Of a DNA stretch of 64,000 nt, positions 50,780 through 64,000 are shown in pieces. The notes under the pieces were generated by a model. It saw only the letters and a list, made by a program, of their open reading frames with translations, had not been told where the DNA came from and searched no databases. The translations under genes and the position numbers were made by a program. Positions within the stretch are counted from its first letter, which is position 1, and every line of letters starts with the position of its first letter. The DNA is from the human T2T-CHM13v2.0 reference genome, Homo sapiens: NCBI RefSeq assembly GCF_009914755.1, contig NC_060940.1, one strand, 5' to 3'.

Positions 50780-51300
50780 TTCACCTCTCCCTCCCCCGAC
50801 CCGAGGGCCTGAAGAGGCGTGGGAGGCCAGGGAGGGGCAGGGCCCAGGCCTACTCTGGACCCGTCTGCTCCAGTCCCCCGACTCAGCTGGGCCTGCGCCT
50901 CTGGGTCAGCTCACTGCGAACCTCAGCCCAGGTACCTACCCTGCCGGGCTTCCTGGTGCTGTCCGGTCCGGTCCAGCAGCCCACGGGCTCCTCTCGAGAG
51001 CCGCCCCTTCCCTGTTGCCAGGCAACATTGCTGAGGGGCAGTCATTTGGTCCAATCGTGGAAGCGGAGGTGTGGGGCGGAACCCAAGAGAGGAGTCAGCC
51101 AATGGTGACGCGCCTCACAGGGAGTGAGCCGAACCCGGTGGGTGCGGCTGGGGGCGGGGCCGCGGTCTGCGGGAGGAGCGGCTGCAGGCCGGGGAATCCG
51201 GCCCTGCTGCGTGCGTACCAAGGAGGCGCCTGGAGAGGGCGGCCAATGACTCAGGCCAGGCCAGGCCAGCAGTGGTACCTGGGGAGAAGGGGTGTCTGGG
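50780..51300. promoter_or_regulatory. MEAK7: CpG-island promoter of MEAK7
   Basis: CpG-dense; GC boxes (GGGGCGG at ~51073 and ~51151), CCAAT at ~51051, ~51099 and ~51243, X-box GTTGCCAGGCAAC at 51014-51026, TGACTCA at ~51247. Confidence 0.85.
50940..51000 (-). other. MEAK7: MEAK7 non-coding exon 1 (5' end approximate)
   Basis: Minus-strand donor CAGG|GTAGGT at 50940/50939 within the CpG island, just downstream of promoter motifs. Confidence 0.7.
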
Positions 51301-52658
51301 CTGGGCGCTGGAGCGGAGTAGCCAGGGTGTGGGAGATCCTGGGGGAGAGGCTGAGCTTGGGGGTGAAGACACCCGGGGGAGGAGAGCGGCCCATGTGGAG
51401 CCCATGCAGAGGCCTCTGCAGTGCAGCCTCCTGGGCCCCAGGCAACTCTCCCCTGACTCCCCGGCCTGCTGGTCCTGGCCTAGAGCCTCGGGTCCGCCTC
51501 CCCTCGGGCCTCCCTCTGCCAGCTGCCCCTGCCTCGCTCTTCCCTGGCACCAGGTCCTTCCCGGCAGCCATCAGGCGCCAGCTCCACAGCCTGGCTAAAC
51601 AGACTCCCTCCACCCCACGTGCGCCTCTTCAGCCGGTTCCCGTTCACTCCAAGACGTCTGAACCTGTCACCCCACTTCTTCAGCTCGTTCCTTCTCAAAC
51701 CCACCGAAACCTGGTCCCGGGGGCCTGCTCACTACATCCGAGGGGCGCTTTGGGTCCTCGCAGGCATCATTTGGCGCTTGGTGATCGTGCTCTCATCAGA
51801 CCTCTCTCTTGGGCACCCCGGCGCCCATTCCTGGCCCTGGCTCGCTCGCTGTCCCTGGTGGTCTTCCCTGGGCCCTTCTGGCTTCTGCCCTGGAGTTTCT
51901 CGACTTCTCCCTACTCTCTCCACCCCACGCATCCTCCCTGGGGTCCACCTTCCTGCAGATTCAGCTCCCGCATGTCCATGGTACCAGTTCTCTCCCCTGC
52001 ACGGCCTGCTGGTTTTCCAGCCTAGAAAACCGTGACTTCGCCCGCCAACGTCCGCTTGAGTTGGTCTCGAACTCCTGACCTCAGGTGATCTGCCTGCCTC
52101 GGCCTCCCACAGTGCTAGAATTGTAGGTGTTAGCCACTGCACCCGGCTGGTCACCTCTTATTCTTTAAGCTGGAACAAAAATAGAAGGCTTTCTGCCTGA
52201 GGGCAGCAGGCCTGGCTGGTGACAGTGCACAAGGTAGGGCCCCTCACCAAGACATTGCTCTGAGATCCAAGGCCAATGTCCCAGGAGAAGCAGCTCCACA
52301 AACTAACGCATCTACAGCCAGGGTACCCCCAGCTGTGGATGCCAATGACACGAGTAGCCCCAGCTCTTCACCTCGGCTTCTTAGAGTAGGTGCCTGTCAC
52401 CTGCAGCCAGGGCTCCTGATGCCCAAGACACACGGGCCTTTAGACATGAAGGACTGGACCCTGTTTCCAGTCTTCACACCCCTGTACTTCCTGCACACAT
52501 CAACCAGGTGTGTCTTTTTCAGTGCCATCCGAGGTAGTGGCATTTTTGACAGAGCAACAGTTTTTTGTAGGCTGAGGCACACCAAGGGTGGACAGCAATG
52601 GTGGCCTCTCAGGTGCAGGCACTGGGGGGTCCGCAGGAGCAAACCGGAGCCGATGTGT

Positions 52659-53307
<649 letters not shown>

Positions 53308-53999
53308 TAAATAAGAAATTTATATTGCTTGACATTTTGCATATAAAGTGAGACTCTTTTAAAAATATACATCATGCTATTTCAACCAGCTGGTGCTCCC
53401 GGGGATGTCCATGGGCTGTCCAACTGCCCCCGGGGCACCAGCTTCTGTTTTTTATGCTGACTTTGGGCACTGAACTCTCCTTGGCTCCCAAGGGTCCTGA
53501 CCAGGCTGGTCCTGCCATCCACAGCGGTGCCTCTGCTAGCGACATCCCTGCCCAATTTTCCATGTCCAGCTTTGACACCTCCACAGAAAGGCTGAGCCAC
53601 CACCGGGCCCCCACTGTGGCTGAGCATCCACTCTCTCTTCCCCATGTGCTCCTTGCCCCCAACCCCCCATCTCTGGAACCCAAGTTTGGGCTGCATGGAC
53701 CACCTTCTGGGCCAGGCTGTTAGGAGGCCACCACCAAGCAGCAAACGCAGGAGCAGCCGTGCCCTGAGGAGGCACCACCAGCAGCCTCCAGCAGCACTCG
53801 GTGAGGCGGGCAACGATCCATCTGTGCCGCCAGCATGGAGCCGGAAGCCACGGCTGACTTGTGCAGTAGAGGAAGTTGAGTTCATTTTATTGAATTTATT
53901 CTCATTTTCAGTTTGAATGGCCACATGTGGCAGGCAGTTATTCTATTGTGCAGTGCTTGCCGGACCACATGCAACAATTCAAAATTGAAAATCAAAAAT

Positions 54000-55315
<1,316 letters not shown>

Positions 55316-55709
55316 TAAGATTTTTCTTTTTTTTTTTTTTTTTTTCAAGGAAAGTGCACAATCTTTTGAGGCCTCACACAGATGGTGGTGTGAAAGGGTC
55401 AAGGCTGTGGAGGCCTGCTAGAGGGCCGAGTTCCATTTCCCCTTAGAGTGAGTGCAGGGTCAGCCTCTCAGGGCTCGGGGGCTTCAGTGGCCCTGCCTCG
55501 GAGAGCTCCAGCCAATGGCCATGTCACGCGTGAGGCAGCTGAGGGGCCAGGGCAGCAGAGCAAGGTCCGTTGCCAGGAACTGACTGCCCTGCCTCCCAGC
55601 AGCAGGTCAGAGGTGGGGCATCTGGGACAGGTGGCCACAGCAGCCTGGAGACATCGCAGAAGGAGACCTTCCGTAGAACACCAGGAGCCCAGCAGTGAGG
55701 GGCTACAGG

Positions 55710-55773
55710 ACCAGGACCCAGGGTGAACCAGGACCCAGGGTGAACCAGGACCCAGGGTGAACCAGGAGGGTGA
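55710..55773. repeat. 17-bp tandem repeat ACCAGGACCCAGGGTGA, 3 perfect copies plus one deleted copy
   Basis: Copies at 55710, 55727, 55744 and 55761. Confidence 0.95.
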
Positions 55774-55914
55774 AAGGCCAGGCACTGCCCAGCTAAGGGC
55801 TGCAGCAGGCACCGCCTGCTAGGAGAGTCTCAAAGGACATCCACACAAGTGACCACAAGCTCAAAGTCAACTTGAAACATGGGCCACAGATCGCCTGAAG
55901 CCAGCTTACCCCCT

Positions 55915-56355
55915 TGGGACACAGAACAGCCCCCAAAGACGTCCATGACCTAATCCCCAGAACCTGCGCATATGTTACCTGACACGGCAAGAGGGACTTC
56001 GCATATGCGACTGAGTTAAGGACTTTGAAATGAGGCGATTATCCCGGATTACCCAGGTGGGCCCCAGGCAATCACAGCAATCCTAATGGGGGAAGACAGG
56101 AGGCTCAGGGTTGGGAGGAGACCGCGATGGAAGTAGGGAAGCAGGTGGGGGCAGGAGGCACTGGACCGTGCCACGCTACCGCCCTGAAGATGGAAGAGGG
56201 AAGGGAATCTCCTCTAGAGCCTCCACAGAGGACACCATGCTGCTGACCCCTTGATTTTAGGCTTCTGATTGCGGGACTGTAAGAACACATTAACGTGTCT
56301 TCAGCCACTGAGTTTTTGGGTCATTTCTCATAGCACCAATGGGAAGCCAACATCT
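55915..56355 (+). mobile_element. MLT1 (MaLR) LTR
   Basis: CCCCCAAAGACGTCCA...CTAATCCCCAGAACCTG...GATTATCCCGGATTACCCAGGTGGGCCC. Confidence 0.8.
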
Positions 56356-56429
56356 CACCCCACTGGGCAAGTGAAAACTTCCCGTGCCCTATCCCTCCTT
56401 CCGAGCCGGAAGGGGGTCACAAATCAGGC

Positions 56430-57205
<776 letters not shown>

Positions 57206-57829
57206 ATCAAAAACAGCAGCTACATGGAAGGAGGGTAGCAGGGAAGAGAAAAACCACAGTCCCTGCTGCCCCAGTAGGCTCTTGGGGGCATGGGGGAAAG
57301 CTAATGGTAAGTCAGCATCCACATTTTACTACCTGGGACCGAACATTTTAAATTCATGAATAGAGACTGCTTTTGATCTAAAGTGGTACCAGGAACTAAT
57401 TCCCTAGGAATAGACAAAAAAAAAAAAAAAAAAAATCACGGGAAAGGTCTGGGCTTTTCATAGCGTAGAAAGAAGGGACAAGAGGGCAGCCCTCTTCCCG
57501 CGTTCCCACTGAGCAGGTTTGAGGGGCAGCAGGAAACAAGGCTGACTGCATTGTGGCACCCCTCCAGGCTGCCTTGGACGAGTTAAGATGGGATCCGTCA
57601 GCTTGGTCCCTAACCCCAGGTAAAGATGGAACAGATGCTGGCTGTGACCAGGAGTCCTGAATTTGCCTTGCACCATTTCCCTCCACCGGACTGGGAGCCA
57701 CTGCGGGGCAGGAAGCTGCCTTTTCCATTTCCCAAGACCGGAATCAATCACAGCGGCTCATCGCATCATGCATCCTCTGCAATTGTTCCTTCCTTTCCAG
57801 GGAGGTTGGTCACGGCCAATGCTGTCCTG

Positions 57830-57848
57830 TGTCCACCAGGTGGCGCTC
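57830..57848 (+). promoter_or_regulatory. CTCF motif (forward orientation)
   Basis: TGTCCACCAGGTGGCGCTC, near-consensus. Confidence 0.75.
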
Positions 57849-58734
57849 GCGATCACCGCAAAACACATTGCTACGGTGATGGTTTTTAAATAAGAAATCT
57901 TACAATGGTTTTAGACATAAAGGACTGTTGAGAATATGATAGAGAGTTTGTGTGCGACCCGCACCCTGTTCCACTGCGCCTTAACATCTGACATGACTCT
58001 GGTCCATCTGTCACCATGAAGGAGCCAATTCATATATGAGTAAGTCACCTGCATTTTATTCACTCTTCCTTCGTGTTTGCCTAATGTCCTTTTCTACCCC
58101 AGGTCCCACGAGACATTTAGCCATCAGGTGTCCCCAGGCTGCTCCTGGCTCTCGCGGTTTCTCAGACTCTTTGTTTCTGATGCTCTTGACAATTTGAGGA
58201 GTCCTGGTCAGGGATTCAGTCAAGTGTCCCCCACTATTGTGATTTAGCTGATGGTCTCCTCGTGATTGGACGGGGGTATGGGTCTGGGAGACAGACCCCA
58301 GAGGTGAAGTGGCCCTTCTCGTCACATCGTTTCAAGGGCCAGAACTATCAGTGTGGCTCACGGCCGTCGATGTCGCCCTTGAGCACCTGGCTGAGGTGGC
58401 ACCTGTCCGCCTCTCCTGCTATGAGGCTGCCCTTCCACTCCCCTTCTATTCTGTACTCTTGGATCATTTTTTGGCTTTTGGAAACCATTTCCTGAACGCT
58501 TGGCCATTGGAGCACTGAGTTCGGTTAGGACAGTGGAGGTAGGGGTGAGAATTGGGGGACAGGGTGCTGGTCACATGGTGTGAGAACAAAGTGGAAACTT
58601 ACAACCAGGGGGAAGGGCCCAGCGGTTTTCAAAGTTAGGGCACCCAATAGTAACTTAGGGTTCTTGCCTCTTCCCACCTCTGAATTACCCAGGTAAAACT
58701 TAAGTCAGGATCCTTTCAGAGGTGATAGGAAGTG

Positions 58735-60012
<1,278 letters not shown>

Positions 60013-60192
60013 AAGAAAAATCCAGGAAAAGGCAGCAAAGGAAAAGCAGCGTCCAAAAGGCTGAGGGAGACTGTCACCCTGTCCTCTAAGTGCCACCAAG
60101 ACACAGAGCCTGAGCGCAGGGACGTCATGTGTATGTCCCTTGCACCTGGGCCTGGTCTGGCCTGCAGCGGGGGCTCAAGAAACAGCTGCTCA

Positions 60193-60500
<308 letters not shown>

Positions 60501-60659
60501 AATGGCTACCGAATGAACAAATGGTCGGTTGGTTGCTCCTGCCCCACTCAATTCCCCCAGGTAAAATGGATCCTGCCTCTCACCTACTTTAAAACCCTTC
60601 CACGACTGCCCACCACCCTAGGCTGCCCTCTCACTCAGCCCCCACCATCTGGGCCTGGT

Positions 60660-60767
60660 CTCTCCCCACATGCAGGGCCCAGCTCGACTCCTTCACCCCG
60701 ACCTTTCCACGGTCCTCTCTCCCCACGCGCATGGCCCAGCTCAACTCCTTCACCCGGGCCTTTCCAC
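60660..60767. repeat. 57-bp-period imperfect tandem duplication
   Basis: CTCTCCCCAC...GGCCCAGCTC.ACTCCTTCACCC...CCTTTCCAC, twice. Confidence 0.85.
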
Positions 60768-62202
60768 TTTGCCTGGAACACGTGTCCCCATGTTCTTCCC
60801 TCCCTCATCCTTCAGGTGTCCCCAAGATCTTCCTGCCCACTCTCCACCCCACCTTGGCTTACGTGGCCCGCAGCCCAGAACTGGGATGAAAATAATGGGG
60901 GTGGAGGGAGGTGATGTTCTTTGACGACAGTACAGGCTTCAAGGACAGTGGAGAAGCCTGATCTGGGGGAGGATGGTGTGGGGAAAGACCCCGTGGGTGA
61001 GCCACGAGGCTAAGGAGGGGTCGTGGGGGAGGGTTATGCCCCATCCAAAAGCCCCACCAACTTAAATTCTGCAGCTGATTTCTGCCGCTGCTGTCTTGCC
61101 ACTGCACAGGAACCCCAGGCTCAGAGCTCCTGTCACTTTATCTTGGGCACCAGGCGCCCTGCAGAGGTAGCTTCATCCTGGGCCTCTCACAAAACGTTGC
61201 TTTTGCAGTAAGAGTCGCTGTGAGTTCAACCCACGGTTCTCACTGCGCTAAGGCTCTGTTTCTGCTTTTGTGGTACACAGGTCTTTTTCTTCTTCTAACA
61301 CCATAAAAGGTGACAAAATCTCCTAGTTGCTGAAGTCCTCTGTGCACACACTCGGCTGGGGAGCCTTTGTGGCTTAGTGGAGCGAGGCTTGTGGGGCCGC
61401 CTGCTTACCTGGGTCCCTGCCTCTGCAGGGATTGCCTTATATGGTGAACAGGCCCAGTGACAACGTGCAGCCAGGGCTGGTGACGGAAGTCCTCAGTTTC
61501 GAAAGAGGCTTTGCACGGATCTTTACAGAAGGTCTGGCCTCCAAGCAGGCAGGCAGGCAGCAAGCCACCTTTCCAGAAGTCACCAGGCATCGAGGGCAAC
61601 CAGGGAGTCGGTGCCCAGACTAAATGCAGACAGGTCATTCTGCTTCCTGCCCAGCAGTTCAAAGGAGAAGACATGGCCAGGAATGGACTGTTTCGCGGAG
61701 ATGAACAGAGGGAGGCAGCAGGGCTTTCTAACACTAGGTACAACCAGATGAAGCTGCCGTTTGGGATTGTAAACATGATTAATACCAGTAGATGTGGTCC
61801 AGGCTCACAATCACCCGCCCATGGGCCAGGCCCATGCTAAGTGCCGAACACGCAGCATCCCACTTAACCCTGGCAGCCAGCACTCTGGGATAGGCACTGT
61901 CATTCTTCCCACTTAACAGATACACAAACTGAGGCTCCAAGCAGGACAGTAGCTTCTCTACCAGGCAACCGGTCCATGGCAGAGACAGTGCAGGCCTCCT
62001 GCAATCCCAGCTCAAGAAGGCTGTGCTGGGGCAGGGAGCAAGGGACATGGCTGTCTGACACTGTGGCCTCGGGCCACACCCGCTGCTTGAATGTCTCGGG
62101 TCCAAACCTAGATGTGCTATAAGCGTGAAAGACGCAGCAGTGTTCAAAGACTTGGTTGATTTTTTTAAATTTTAAAATCTCAAATTTTAAACTACTATTT
62201 TA

Positions 62203-62503
<301 letters not shown>

Positions 62504-63256
62504 TTAGAAATAATTATAGATTCAACAGAAAGTTGCAAAGACAGTGCACAGAGGTCCAATATACCCTGCACCAAGTTTCCCTGTGGTTCTAACTCACCTA
62601 ATCCAAACTGGGAAAGAGACATTGATGCAATCAATGTGTGTGTCCAATTCTGTCATTTCCCCACGAGGGTAGTAGAGTCGTGTGACCATCACTACAAAAC
62701 ACAACTATTCCATCTATGCTGAAGATACAGAAGTGTTCCATCACCACGATGATCTCTTCCATGTTGCCCCAAAATAATTGTGAAATAGAAATTCCATGTA
62801 GAAATAGTATTTTGGCTATATTAGGTTCAAAGCATATTAATGTTACCATTTCTCGTTTTAAAACATGAACAATGAAAACCTTAGAATCGCACACAGGGCT
62901 TGTGTTCTACCTCCATTGTCTGTATTTGGATGTTGGACAGCACCGGCTCCGAAGTTCAGACCACAGCTCGGCTGCTTTGGATGGGTTAATTAACCTCCCT
63001 GAGCTAGGCTCCGTGGGAGTAGACCAGACCTGTAAGAGTCACTGTTCGGCACACTTGAGTGCCTATGTGCTGGGCATCACGTAAAGGCAGGGGACACAGG
63101 AGGCAGCGAGAGAGACCATGTCCTCCAGAGGGAGAGGAGATGCCCCATAAAGGCTCACACATGGGCTAGTAGTGAGAAGGGTCAGTCCACCAGCACCGCC
63201 AGGCAGAGTGGGGACCCAGAAGGGGTTAAATAAAAACAGCAAGGGAGAGGACTTAA

Positions 63257-63770
<514 letters not shown>

Positions 63771-64000
63771 TGAAAATAATAAAAATACTGCTACATGCAG
63801 CCCCTGTTCCCCTAGAGAACTCGACCGCCAGCTGGGAACTGATACCAGGCCCCACGAGACCCATCCCCCAGGGCCCGTCCCAGAGGTACTCAGCCCCAGG
63901 CGCTGGAAAGCTTTTCCAAAGAGATTATGAAAAACGTCTAATATGCGGAAAACCAGACTAAAAAAACAAGCCCTCTTTATACCCACCACCCAGACTCAGC

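Noticed and set aside
55999-56010. 12-bp palindrome TCGCATATGCGA
   Set aside because: Lies within a decayed MLT1 LTR; several palindromes of this size are expected by chance in 64 kb

Overview
This is human (primate) genomic DNA, recognisable as the chr16q24.1 ATP2C2-MEAK7 locus. On the + strand are the last seven coding exons of ATP2C2 (SPCA2, a Golgi Ca2+/Mn2+ P-type ATPase; 1235-10113). On the - strand, converging on it, is the complete MEAK7/TLDC1 gene: a CpG-island promoter at about 51 kb, non-coding exon 1, and seven coding exons that join into a 1371-nt ORF of 456 aa, followed by a 3'UTR of about 3.5 kb. The rest is dense transposon debris: more than 30 Alus, old L1s, LTRs (THE1, MLT, LTR3, LTR9, MER4, MER31) and MER DNA transposons. 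I find no wholly new gene system. The best leads are: (1) a human-specific pre-Ta L1HS with a textbook twin-priming 5' inversion in an ATP2C2 intron; (2) five CAGCTG E-boxes upstream of the fourth-from-last ATP2C2 exon, consistent with an internal promoter for a 136-aa C-terminal isoform; (3) two GC-AG introns in MEAK7; (4) an LTR9-type element with an intact SOX-OCT motif 50 bp from MEAK7 exon 3; (5) two locally templated insertion scars inside Alus; (6) a perfect 19-bp tandem repeat in the MEAK7 3'UTR; (7) a divergent CTCF pair. Repeat subfamily names and exon numbers come from memory of consensus sequences and annotation and need RepeatMasker/BLAT confirmation. Most short ORFs in the track are Alu-derived or GC-rich noise.
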